From: Akkermansiaceae bacterium
GTDB lineage: Bacteria > Verrucomicrobiota > Verrucomicrobiia > Verrucomicrobiales > Akkermansiaceae
Reading direction: 5' to 3'
NCBI GenBank assembly: GCA_903837825.1
Contig: CAILVZ010000162.1
Span: 3,287-67,286, forward strand
Length of the DNA stretch: 64,000 bases
This document shows positions 10,401 to 18,992 of the stretch, in pieces. Position 1 is the first letter of the stretch, and the number at the start of each line of letters is the position of its first letter. The translations under genes and the position numbers were made by a program. A model generated the notes under the pieces. That model ran no database searches, was not told the DNA's origin, and saw only the letters and a program-made list of their open reading frames with translations.

Positions 10401-10853
10401 CGCTTTTTGGGGATCCACGGCGAGGTAGTACTGATAGACCCACCCGAGGCCAGAAGCATCTGGACCCAGTTGGGGGATCACACCTTCGGGCATTGACCTT
10501 GTTAGAAAATTGAGCCTTTCGAGTACGCGCGTGCGCGCAAAGTAAGGATCAACTCCATCTTCAAAGATGATCGTGCTCAGCGAAAATCCGAACATCGACG
10601 TGGCACGGACCTCCTTCACACCAGCCAATCCTTGGAGTCCCGTCGTGATCGGATAAGTCACCTGATCCTCAACCTCCTTGGGGCTGCGGCCTGACCACTC
10701 AGCGTATACCAACACTTGGTTTTCTGTTAGATCGGGGATTGCATCAACTGGCGTTAGAAATACCGCGCGAACTCCAAGCGCGACGAATAGCAACGTAGCG
10801 CATGCGACGAGGAAACGGTTCTTCAGACTCCACTCAATGATTCGTCCAATCAT
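7467..10853 (-). CDS. cusA: Heavy-metal efflux RND permease, CusA/CzcA family
   Basis: DAIPDL.ENQV, LGPDASGLGWVYQY, GIAIAIGVLVDAAIV, RLRPKVMT; start ATG 10853 overlaps the cusB stop. Confidence 0.93.
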   Translation of the reverse strand: MIGRIIEWSLKNRFLVACATLLFVALGVRAVFLTPVDAIPDLTENQVLVYAEWSGRSPKEVEDQVTYPITTGLQGLAGVKEVRATSMFGFSLSTIIFEDGVDPYFARTRVLERLNFLTRSMPEGVIPQLGPDASGLGWVYQYYLAVDPQKAEKGGYDLARLRSVQDWYIRYQLASVQGVAEVASIGGFVKQYQIELSSNKMRAVNVTLMDVMTAVQNANLNVGGKVVEENGAEFVLRGIGLVTSPEDLEQVAVKTMDGTPIYLKDIATIQIGGDFRRGALDVNGNEAVGGTVVMRTGENAKAVIERVKEKIAQIAPSLPPGITIKSFYDRSELIDHTIDTLKHALAEEIILVTLAHIIFLWHFRSILIVTLPLPISILISFLMMKEFGITSNIMSLTGIAIAIGVLVDAAIVVTENVLRHCEKAEVAKGEGLTPQETLKVTRIACKQVGRPIFFAMAIIILAFVPVFSLTGQEGKLFHPLAFTKTFAMIGSTLLAVTLVPVLCSLLVRGPFHSEDRNMAMKLLLRLYDPILNRALNHWKVVIGTAFVILACALVAAFGLPRGFVRKIHDAGFSRVAELVTGFGKEFMPPLNEGSLLYMPVMIPKTGLKEIQRVMSWQDKVISETPEVANVAGKLGRFETATDPAPTEMLETTIMLKPEYVPDGKFKMKRNPDWREGMTIEGLKAELTEKMKLVPGYVPAFLQPIENRILMLYTGIRAQVGVKIYGDDLDKIQRKAFEIEKLVKSIDGAAGVSASRVQGKPYLNVKVDRRAIARYGLSVKDVMDAVEVSIGGKNVSTTIEGRERFPIQIRVERGERDDIEKLGRILIAGPVQTGLAMGGLGTGEGRKDRVYVPLSMVADITRETGANEIASENGLLRSFVQANVQDRDLGGFVEELEQRLKTLDMEAMTYKLTGEFENQRHFAKTMLLVFPLVLMVIFVLLFFVYHSALEAAHVMLAVPFALSGGVLLQKLLGYNFNGAVWVGYIALFGTAVQTGVVMVVYLEETVRARLLEKGPAFTHEDLVQAVKDGARLRLRPKVMTVATIVASLLPIMWSHRQGAEIMKPLATPVIGGMISSLLHILIVTPVIFLWLRSRELKNGTLHASFGAPVECADSISLESTQPKSNPTNT

Positions 10854-12520
10854 GGTTTGATTTCCTTTCCACAGTCTGGCATCGCCTTGCCATAAAACGG
10901 ATTGCCTCCAGTTCGTTCGCGCGTCTGGATCCAACGACCTTTTCTCTCAGCGCCAGCAACCGCCTGATCCACCATCGAACACTCCCAAATCTGGAATTCA
11001 GGGCACCCTTTCATTTTACGCAATGGCTCCAGCGCCGTTGTCGCCGCAAGCGCGAAGGTGAGAAATCCCGCACGGGCGGCTTGCAGAGTCTTGTCGTCGT
11101 GAACGTTCGCTGAATCAGCAAGAGACTGATGATTTGAAAGCCCATGGATCGATTCGATCAAATTGCGAGTTACGCCTATGCTTGGCTCGGATGCTTTGAG
11201 AAATGCGGAGAGGTCATCCACAGAAAGTGCTTGGGCCATTGCGTCCGCGACGGCTACAAACTGCGTCACTGCGAGTTGCTGCGACTCGCTGAGTTCATTC
11301 GCCATCGGTTGAGCTTCTGCGTGGGGCTGATCTGGTAGATAGGCTCGAGTCAATTCCGCCTGTCCATCGATAAGAAGATTTCCATGAGTCACCACTTGGT
11401 CACCCGCACGGAGACCTGATCGAATTTCGACAAGCGCATCGCCGCGGCGGCCAGTTTGCACCACGGCACGAGTGAATGCTCCGCCGGCTTGGGCGACGTA
11501 AACCAATGCCTCGGGACCTGTTTGAATGATCGCAGAACGTGGGATGGCTAATACCTCCGGTGCGTCGACTTGGACGACTCCGTCCGCATAAAGTTTGTGC
11601 ATGAGGTCTCGGCGCCCATCCACCTTGGGGTTCGCAAGCTCCACGCGAACTTGGGTTGAGCGGGTGGCTTCATCAAAGTTCGGATCGATGAAATTGATAG
11701 TCCCTACAAATGATTTGTTCGGTTGCGATGGAGTGGTAACCGTGATGGTTTGTCCGGTTTTAATCCAAGGAATGTCCTGCTCGTAGGCACGAAACATGAA
11801 CCACATGGTTGAAAAATCCGCGATTTCAAACAGAGGCTGTCCCGCGCTGACATATTGCCCCTCATAGATATTTTGCCGAACCACTGTCCCGCCGATTGGC
11901 GAGAGAATGGGAGAGTTGAGTGCATTGAGTGGCTTCGTTGCAATTCCTTCAATCTGTTCGGGAGTGAGTCCTAGTTGCCGCAGGCGAAGGCCTGCATTGG
12001 CGCGGAGAACACCGCCGAGCTGACCATATTCGCGCTCGGCCTGAAGTAGAGTGGGACTATAAAAATCAGCAAGTGGCTGCCCCGCTTCTACTTCGGCACC
12101 TGGGTGATTGACATGCAGACGATCAATCCGCCCATCGACGTAAGCAGCAAGAACTCGATGGCGTGTTGCGTCGTCGTCGATGGTGCCGGCAACTTGAAGC
12201 GATCGAACAAGCGGCTGGACTTTCGCCACATCGGTCTGGAGATTGAGAATCTCGATTTGCTGGTTCGTCAGCGCAACGAAATCACCATCTGCTGTTGAGT
12301 CGATGCCTTTTTCGCCTGGATAAACTGGCGTGAGCTCCATCCCGCAAATCGTGCACCGGCCTGGTTTGTCGCTCTTGATCCATGGGTGCATGGCACTTTG
12401 ATAAAACATGGGTTTCGGACGTGAGGCAGCCTCAGGCTCATGATGATAGAAACGCAATGCCCACCATGTGGTTAAAACTGCTAAGAATATGGTGATGAGA
12501 TAGATTGAGGATTTTTTCAT
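10850..12520 (-). CDS. cusB: CusB-family periplasmic adaptor with N-terminal heavy-metal-binding domain and C-terminal extra domain
   Basis: YQSAMHP...PGRCTICGMEL, YSP.L..AE.EY, TRS..VR, C-terminal C.M...W...NPFYG..M..CG. Confidence 0.88.
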   Translation of the reverse strand: MKKSSIYLITIFLAVLTTWWALRFYHHEPEAASRPKPMFYQSAMHPWIKSDKPGRCTICGMELTPVYPGEKGIDSTADGDFVALTNQQIEILNLQTDVAKVQPLVRSLQVAGTIDDDATRHRVLAAYVDGRIDRLHVNHPGAEVEAGQPLADFYSPTLLQAEREYGQLGGVLRANAGLRLRQLGLTPEQIEGIATKPLNALNSPILSPIGGTVVRQNIYEGQYVSAGQPLFEIADFSTMWFMFRAYEQDIPWIKTGQTITVTTPSQPNKSFVGTINFIDPNFDEATRSTQVRVELANPKVDGRRDLMHKLYADGVVQVDAPEVLAIPRSAIIQTGPEALVYVAQAGGAFTRAVVQTGRRGDALVEIRSGLRAGDQVVTHGNLLIDGQAELTRAYLPDQPHAEAQPMANELSESQQLAVTQFVAVADAMAQALSVDDLSAFLKASEPSIGVTRNLIESIHGLSNHQSLADSANVHDDKTLQAARAGFLTFALAATTALEPLRKMKGCPEFQIWECSMVDQAVAGAERKGRWIQTRERTGGNPFYGKAMPDCGKEIKP

Positions 12521-13761
12521 GGCCGTTCTGGTACGAGGTTATTGAGTTCTTCGAGCGCGGCCCATTGCATCGCAATAAACCGTCGGCTTTCGAGTTGGGT
12601 GAAAAGCAAGTTTTTACGAGTGACTAGCAGGTCCGAGAGAGAACCCTTTGAGCTGATCCAGCGCGCTTCTTCCGCTTGAGACGCTTGGAGTTCGCGTTGA
12701 TAGATTTCGCCAGCGTATGCTAGCGCTTGAGCATTGGCATTTGCGACTTGATCCACGGCGGATAGAACCGCGGATGTCACCGCCTTGCGGGTCGCCTCCA
12801 CCTCCATCGCCGCTGCCTTTTCTCGAAGCTGAGACGCCTCGACGGTTGCGGCTGAGGAATTGCGATTGAAGTAAGGGAGGCTCATTTTAAGACCCAATGT
12901 GGCGCTGCGGAAATCACCGCCTGAGTAGACCTCTGCATCGACTGCGACCGAGAGCTGCGGCAGGCGTTCGAGATCGGCTACGCGTGATTCCGCATTTGCG
13001 ACAGAAACCATTTCCATTGCCGTGCGGACCTTGAGGTTGGCACGAGTGATGCGGGCGATTTCTGCGCGGGCGATCGGAACTGGCGGCGGATTGGTTGATA
13101 AACTTAGAGATGGCCATGGTGATTCTAATGAACGGCCGAGATCCAGATTCAATCGTTTCGCCACGCTCTGCCGGGTCCGCTGGGCGGCATCAAACACCTG
13201 CTTTTCGCGAGCAAGCTCGGCTTCGAGACGCAGCGCGTTGATGCTATTTCCATCTGGGGCGAGCGCGGCCTGATTGGCATTACCCACCATCGTTACCAGC
13301 CAATCGATGAGCTCAGATTGGATTGCGATCGATTCATCGGCCAACGCCAGCTCAATGGCGTCACGCGCGGCAGCAGCCCCGGCTTCTAGGCGCAAGGTTT
13401 GCGAGTTGCCGAACTCCGCGCGCTGTGCTGCGGCGGCTTTCGCTTGCTTCGCCATGAAAAGTCCAGGTTTGGGAAGTGCTTGTTCCAAGCCGATGCGGAT
13501 GTCGCCATCGCTGCGGCGTTTCTCTGATTCCGCAGTCATTAGCGCGAGACCGATCGTTGGGTCGTCCCAGAGGCGAACTGCGCGGGCATCGCTACTTGCC
13601 GCTGATGCGCGGAGTGATGCGGCAATAGCCGTTGGATGGTGGGCTACGGCTTCAGCGCGTAGTGAGGTAAGCAATGATCCATCGAGCAGTCGGGATTCCG
13701 ACGCATGAAGGATGGTGGTGGCGATGGTGAGTCCGATCGATTGGTAAATGATCAATTTCAT
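12517..13761 (-). CDS. TolC/CusC-family outer-membrane efflux protein
   Basis: Signal peptide, WDDP, two OEP-like helical repeats, SLPYF; first structural gene of the RND operon, ATGA overlap. Confidence 0.82.
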   Translation of the reverse strand: MKLIIYQSIGLTIATTILHASESRLLDGSLLTSLRAEAVAHHPTAIAASLRASAASSDARAVRLWDDPTIGLALMTAESEKRRSDGDIRIGLEQALPKPGLFMAKQAKAAAAQRAEFGNSQTLRLEAGAAAARDAIELALADESIAIQSELIDWLVTMVGNANQAALAPDGNSINALRLEAELAREKQVFDAAQRTRQSVAKRLNLDLGRSLESPWPSLSLSTNPPPVPIARAEIARITRANLKVRTAMEMVSVANAESRVADLERLPQLSVAVDAEVYSGGDFRSATLGLKMSLPYFNRNSSAATVEASQLREKAAAMEVEATRKAVTSAVLSAVDQVANANAQALAYAGEIYQRELQASQAEEARWISSKGSLSDLLVTRKNLLFTQLESRRFIAMQWAALEELNNLVPERP

Positions 13762-13863
13762 AAGTCATGTGAGGGATTGGAAGGATTTTCCAAACGCCCA
13801 ATTCTTGAGGCCTACTTGGCAACTCAAGATGAATGGGCACAATGCACCTGCAAGGGTGCAAAC

Positions 13864-14244
13864 TCAGATGACAAAACAGCAGAATGCCACGGAAAGCGGC
13901 ACGCCAGTGAATCCCGCTTGGGGCTCGATCTGGGTCGCAGAAAACAGCGCGACTTGAGCGGGAACCGGAGCATCAAAACCGTGCTCATGCGGCACGGGCT
14001 CTGGCACCACCCAACCTTTAAAGTCAGCGGATACTGGAACGAGGGGCACAGGTTTCGGGGCCTGCTCGTTTTTCGCAACGCATGGGCAAGACTTCAGATC
14101 CTTGCAGCAACTCATCGCCTGCCGATGTCCAGCGCATGGCTCTGGAGCGGTGGCTGCTATGCATGACGGCACTTGGGAAAGCTGCATCACCAGCCCCACC
14201 AAAAGCGCGAGAAATGCCTTGAGGTTCATCGTCGCCGTAATCAT
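13864..14244 (-). CDS. Small Cys/Pro-rich hypothetical protein heading the efflux operon
   Basis: Hydrophobic N-terminus, MSCC...SCPC, Pro-rich middle, FCCFVI end; architecture typical of metal-efflux-associated leader proteins. Confidence 0.6.
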   Translation of the reverse strand: MITATMNLKAFLALLVGLVMQLSQVPSCIAATAPEPCAGHRQAMSCCKDLKSCPCVAKNEQAPKPVPLVPVSADFKGWVVPEPVPHEHGFDAPVPAQVALFSATQIEPQAGFTGVPLSVAFCCFVI

Positions 14245-14312
14245 AAGCTACGATTGGTAGGATTCCAAGATGAATACGCGCGCTGAATCGGATTTGCAGG
14301 TAGCTCGGGCCG

Positions 14313-14347
14313 AAAAAAACCGCCTGCGCTTCCGCACAGACGGTTTT
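14313..14347 (-). terminator. Intrinsic terminator of rpoA-rplQ
   Basis: Minus strand ACCGTCTGTGC-GGAA-GCGCAGGCGGT followed by a T run, ~20 nt after the rplQ stop. Confidence 0.85.
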
Positions 14348-14369
14348 CAAATCGATTTCTCGGAGGGTC

Positions 14370-14834
14370 TTACTCTCCGGCAACCTCAACCACCGTTTCG
14401 GAGGCCTTCTTTGCCTTCTTCGGTGCTGGGGTTTCCTCGGCAGCGACTTCCACTGCTGGAGCCTCCTCACTTGTGGCAGCCTGATCGACCCACTCGATGA
14501 TGGCCATCGGGGCGGAGTCGCTCATCCGTGCACCAAGCTTGGTGATCCGGCAATATCCGCCTTGGCGGTCCTTCGAAGCGGGTGCCGTTTCGGCGAAAAG
14601 CTTCTTCACGGTTTCCTTCTGGCGGAGGAAAGCGATGGCCAAGCGGCGGGAGTGAAGATCATCGCGCTTGGCGAGAGTGATCAACTTTTCCGCGACTGGG
14701 CGAAGCGCCTTCGCTTTGCCGAGGGTGGTTTTGATGCGGCCATGCTCAATGAGGCTGCATGCCAAATTGGCAAGCAGTGCTCGGCGGTGCGAGGCGTTGC
14801 GTTTAAGTTTTACTGTTTTGCTGCGATGTCTCAT
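14370..14834 (-). CDS. rplQ: 50S ribosomal protein L17
   Basis: MRHR, RIKTTLGKAK.LR...EKLITLAK, R.GGY.RI.KLG.R..D.A.MAIIE. Confidence 0.97.
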   Translation of the reverse strand: MRHRSKTVKLKRNASHRRALLANLACSLIEHGRIKTTLGKAKALRPVAEKLITLAKRDDLHSRRLAIAFLRQKETVKKLFAETAPASKDRQGGYCRITKLGARMSDSAPMAIIEWVDQAATSEEAPAVEVAAEETPAPKKAKKASETVVEVAGE

Positions 14835-14862
14835 CGGGTGCTTCCGTTTCTAGAGTTAAAGG

Positions 14863-15945
14863 TTAGTCGTCGAGGTTTTGAGCGATCAGATCGGCGAGGC
14901 CGACGGGTGCTTCGTCTTCCGCACCGAGGCGTGGTCCACGGGATGCGGCGGATGGTCCGGAGAACAGCGATGGCTCGAAGGTCATGCCAAGGCCAAGGCC
15001 GAGTTCAACGAGCTTGTCCTTGATTTCGTTGAGCGATTTCTTGCCGAAGTTGCGGTACTTCAGCATTTCGGCTTCCGACTTCATGGCGAGTTGACCGACC
15101 GAAGTGATGTTCGCGTTGTTGAGGCAGTTGGCGGCGCGGACCGAGAGCTCGATCTCGTTGACCGACATGTTGAGCTTGCGCTTGAGGTCTGCGTTTTCTT
15201 CGCTGCACTCGGCAGGAGCTTCTTCGAAGTCCACTGCATTTTCGTCGTAATTGACAAAAACGTCGAGGTGGTGACGAAGGATCGCCGAGGCTTGAAGCAA
15301 TGCGTCTTGAGGCGTGATGCGACCGTCAGTCCAAACATCGAGGATCAGCTTGTCGAAATCAGTCATCTGACCGACACGAGCCGCTTCCACCGAGTATTTC
15401 ACCCGGGTGACAGGTGAGAAAATCGAATCGATGGCGATGACGCCAATCGGTTGGTCCTTGCGCTTGTTTTCGTCTCCAGTCGAAAATCCGCGACCGACGC
15501 GAACTTCGAATTCGCACTCAAACTTCACCTTTTTATCAAGGGTGCAGATCACTTGGTCCTTGTTGACCACGTCGTAGATGTGATCAGGAATGATGTCGCC
15601 AGCGGTGACAACTCCTTCTTTTTCAACCTTGATGGTGAGAATCCGTGGGTCCTTTTCGTTGTGGCTGAACTTCACCTTTTTCAGGTTCAACACGATGTCC
15701 GTGACATCTTCTACCACGCCAGGAAGGCTGGAGAACTCGTGCTGAACGCCCGCGATGCGGACGGAAGTGATGGATGCGCCTTCCAGAGAGGAAAGAAGCA
15801 CGCGGCGGAGGGAGTTGCCGATCGTGTGGCCGTATCCGCGCTCGAATGGCTCGGCGGTGAATTGGGCGTAGGTATCGGTCGATGTATCCTCGTTGCGAAC
15901 GAGGCGGTTAGGGAGCTCGAAACGAGCAAGTTTGACTGCTGACAT
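14863..15945 (-). CDS. rpoA: DNA-directed RNA polymerase subunit alpha
   Basis: EPFERGYGHTIGNSLRRVLLSSLEG, HEFS, ELSVRAANCL, NFGKKSLNEI. Confidence 0.98.
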   Translation of the reverse strand: MSAVKLARFELPNRLVRNEDTSTDTYAQFTAEPFERGYGHTIGNSLRRVLLSSLEGASITSVRIAGVQHEFSSLPGVVEDVTDIVLNLKKVKFSHNEKDPRILTIKVEKEGVVTAGDIIPDHIYDVVNKDQVICTLDKKVKFECEFEVRVGRGFSTGDENKRKDQPIGVIAIDSIFSPVTRVKYSVEAARVGQMTDFDKLILDVWTDGRITPQDALLQASAILRHHLDVFVNYDENAVDFEEAPAECSEENADLKRKLNMSVNEIELSVRAANCLNNANITSVGQLAMKSEAEMLKYRNFGKKSLNEIKDKLVELGLGLGMTFEPSLFSGPSAASRGPRLGAEDEAPVGLADLIAQNLDD

Positions 15946-16217
15946 GTATTTGGTAGGTTGCCGGGTTACCCTCTTGCGGGTGAGAAGCCTGCCGAAACAA
16001 ACGACTCAGAGGACCGACGGCGTTCTGAAGCGACCCGCGGGGGGCGAATAAATGACGAATTGGCGCTTCTTGCAAAGCATTTTTCGCTGAATTTGACGGA
16101 AAACCCGAGATGACCAGTTTAGGGGGCACCACCCATTAGGGTTATTTCGGAAAAAAAACTTGCGGATCTAGCAGTTTGACGGATGCTGTAACTGCTATCC
16201 ATTAAGCACCTAATATC

Positions 16218-16514
16218 ATGAAATCCAAACGTAATTTGACTCGCTTCACGTACGAAACTGCCGCTTTTGAAGGCTGGCGCCTATGCATCACCCGTGCAGG
16301 CACCACGTTCAGCAAGTATTTTTCTGACAAGCAGTACGGCAGCAGCAAGAAATCCTTGGCCGCTGCTGAAAAGGCACTCGCCGAGCTCAAACCCCTGATC
16401 GAAGGTTCGAAGCGTATTAAAGAAACCGTCCCAGGGTCCAAAACCCCTAAAGTCCGGTTGGCTCCAAGCACGCTGAAAAAGGCTGAAAAACTTCTTTCGT
16501 CCGACAAGGCCTAA
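16218..16514 (+). CDS. Small basic protein with AP2-like DNA-binding domain
   Basis: NLTRF......GW.L.I...G....KYFSDKQYG..K.SL.AA pattern resembles AP2 domains; Lys-rich. Confidence 0.6.
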   Translation: MKSKRNLTRFTYETAAFEGWRLCITRAGTTFSKYFSDKQYGSSKKSLAAAEKALAELKPLIEGSKRIKETVPGSKTPKVRLAPSTLKKAEKLLSSDKA

Positions 16515-16568
16515 CTCTTAGGTGCACTCGGGGGTCACTAGTGCCTTGAATCGTCTCATATTCTGTTC

Positions 16569-17990
16569 ATGCCAGCCCCGAAGGCATCTGTCATTCATTG
16601 GTTTCGCCGCGACCTCAGAGTCACGGACAACACCGCCCTCAACGGCGCGGCGAAACTCGGGCTGGCCCTCGTGCCCGTCTACATCTTAAGCGATTGGCAC
16701 GGCTCGCATTCTTGGACGGGGCCAAATCGCCAACATTTTCTTTGCGGCTCGCTCGAGTCTCTGTCCAAAAACCTTGAGGCCTTGGGTGGGCGTCTGATCG
16801 TTCGGCAAGGCAAAGCGGTAGAAGAGCTGCGCAAACTGGCGATCGAGGCCCAGGCCGTTGCCATCCATTTCAATGCCGACCCCGACCCCTTCGGCAAAGC
16901 GACGGAGCAGGCGGTGAGTCAGTTGTGCCTCGAGCTCGGAATCGAATGTGAAATTTCCGCCGATACGGCGCTTCACGCTCCAGATGAGGTTCTGACCCAA
17001 AGCGCGCTACCCTACCGCGTTTACACCCCTTACAGTCGCAATTGGCTCAGCCTGCCCAAGGCATCCCCGCTCGGAAAGCCATCGAGCATCCAGACGCCAG
17101 CGCATCTCAAGTCCCTACCGCTTCCGACCGTGGGCACCTGGGGATGGCAGCCGCCATCGGGGCATCCACTGCCTGAACCTGGCGAACGCGCGGCTCGCGA
17201 CCGCCTGAAACTTGCAGTTCGAGGAAAAATCCAAGCCTATGCCGCCAAACGAGATTTCCCCGCTGAGTGTGGCACCTCGAGAATTTCACAAGACCTCCGG
17301 TTCGGATTGATCTCGATCCGCTCGGTCTATGCAGAGGCCATGAAGGCCCGCAGCAAGGCTGATCTTGCGGGCCAGCTCGGAATCGACATCTTCGTCAAGG
17401 AGCTCGCGTGGCGCGAATTTTATTTCGCCATTCTTCACCATTTCCCAAACGTGCTCGACGAGGAGTTCAACGCCGACTGGCGTGGGCTGCCTTGGAATCC
17501 GCCGGACGAGCGCTTCGAAGCGTGGAAAGAAGGGCGCACCGGGTTCCCGATCGTCGATGCTGGGATGCGCGAGCTCAAGGCCACGGGATTCATGCACAAC
17601 CGCCTGCGGATGATCACCGCGATGTTTCTAACCAAAGACCTCCACATCGACTGGAAGCTTGGCGAATCATGGTTCATGCAAAATCTAGTCGATGGCGAAA
17701 TCGCTTCTAATAACGGCGGCTGGCAATGGTCAGCAGGAACCGGTGCCGACGCAGCACCGTATTTTCGGATTCAAAATCCATGGTCGCAAAGCGGTCGCTA
17801 CGATGCAGATGGGGTCTACATCAAGCGTTGGGTACCCGAGCTCGCGAGGACCCATCCAGCCCGATTCCTCGAAGCGCCCGCCGATGGGCAACCGATCGCC
17901 GCTGGTTATCCAATGCCCTGTGTGGATCACAAGACCGAGCGAGACCGCACGCTCGCGATTTTTAAAAAACATCGGGAAAACAAACCTTGA
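16569..17990 (+). CDS. phrB: Deoxyribodipyrimidine (CPD) photolyase
   Basis: WFRRDLR..DN.AL, TSR.S..LRFG.IS.R, ELAWREF, GRTGFPIVDAGMREL..TG.MHNRLRM, NNGGWQW.AGTG.DA. Confidence 0.95.
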   Translation: MPAPKASVIHWFRRDLRVTDNTALNGAAKLGLALVPVYILSDWHGSHSWTGPNRQHFLCGSLESLSKNLEALGGRLIVRQGKAVEELRKLAIEAQAVAIHFNADPDPFGKATEQAVSQLCLELGIECEISADTALHAPDEVLTQSALPYRVYTPYSRNWLSLPKASPLGKPSSIQTPAHLKSLPLPTVGTWGWQPPSGHPLPEPGERAARDRLKLAVRGKIQAYAAKRDFPAECGTSRISQDLRFGLISIRSVYAEAMKARSKADLAGQLGIDIFVKELAWREFYFAILHHFPNVLDEEFNADWRGLPWNPPDERFEAWKEGRTGFPIVDAGMRELKATGFMHNRLRMITAMFLTKDLHIDWKLGESWFMQNLVDGEIASNNGGWQWSAGTGADAAPYFRIQNPWSQSGRYDADGVYIKRWVPELARTHPARFLEAPADGQPIAAGYPMPCVDHKTERDRTLAIFKKHRENKP

Positions 17991-18992
17991 TCAAGGCATC
18001 GCCTGCTTCATCAAGCTTTCGGCCAAGCCCTTGAGCTCTTCCACCGGGATGGCAAAGCTCTCCGAACGATTGGCTCGTGCGATGTTCATGCCAATGCAGC
18101 GACCGTCCAAATCTAACAACGGCCCACCCTGCACCGTCCGGCTTCCGAGGATGTCGTGCTGAAGAACCCGCGGAAACCCACTTCGCCGTGGTGAAAAATC
18201 ACCGCTCATCTGGTCATTGCGATCCACCTGGTCCGTGTACAATTCCGCGCGGGCGGCCAATCGAACATCAACCGATACCTCCTCGCCCTTTCGGCGAAGC
18301 AGCAAATGAACAAGGTTACCTGCCTTGCCATCCTTGAGGGCATCATTCAGTTCAGTCACTTTCTCGATCTTCTTTCCGTCGATTGAGAGGATCACATCGT
18401 CTTTCTGCAAGCCAGCCTCCTCCGCGCCGCTCTTGTGCTGCACGGCTTCAACCTGCGGCATTTCGGATTTCACTTTGAGAATCACCCCGAGCGCTGCACC
18501 TCCAGATGCAGGGATTTCCCGGCTCTTGGCACTCACGATGCCAGCCAGCAGCCGCCTCGTTGTCCGACTCGTCGCCCCATTCGCCACGACCCATGTCCCC
18601 TGCAACACGTCGCTTGTGGGTGCGTAATCGACTGGAATCAAACCCTTTGATTCGATCTTCAAAAGCACCACATCCCAAACCAAGTCCTCCGCCAACACCT
18701 TTACCTCTTGGTAATGGGTTTGATCTACTGTCACCGCCAAGCCGCCCGATTTCGGCAGCTCGCTCGCTTTTGTTAGAATATAGCCATCGGGGGAAATCAC
18801 CACGCCATATCCGGTTTCTTTTCGCCCATCGAGAATGACCGCGCTCGAATGCTGCAACACTTGTCGCTGTGCCTCAAATGCGGCCACGACCGCGCTTCCG
18901 GTGGTCCGGTAGCTCGATTCCAAGCTTTGCTGCCCCTTCACGGTACCGAGCAACCCAGCAAAGGTGATGATCCAAATCCTGTTAACGTTCAC
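17991..18992 (-). CDS. Trypsin-like/PDZ protein with degenerate catalytic residues (pseudo-protease)
   Basis: GYGVVISPDGYILTKASEL and TVQGGPLLDLDG replace TAAH and GDSGG; PDZ inserted; GTG start at 18992 overlaps the upstream gene's stop. Confidence 0.78.
   Translation of the reverse strand: MNVNRIWIITFAGLLGTVKGQQSLESSYRTTGSAVVAAFEAQRQVLQHSSAVILDGRKETGYGVVISPDGYILTKASELPKSGGLAVTVDQTHYQEVKVLAEDLVWDVVLLKIESKGLIPVDYAPTSDVLQGTWVVANGATSRTTRRLLAGIVSAKSREIPASGGAALGVILKVKSEMPQVEAVQHKSGAEEAGLQKDDVILSIDGKKIEKVTELNDALKDGKAGNLVHLLLRRKGEEVSVDVRLAARAELYTDQVDRNDQMSGDFSPRRSGFPRVLQHDILGSRTVQGGPLLDLDGRCIGMNIARANRSESFAIPVEELKGLAESLMKQAMP

Noticed and set aside
7183-14244. Metal-efflux operon as a mobile island
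   Set aside because: No integrase, transposase, tRNA or flanking direct repeats, and it carries the resident TGTTAGA motif
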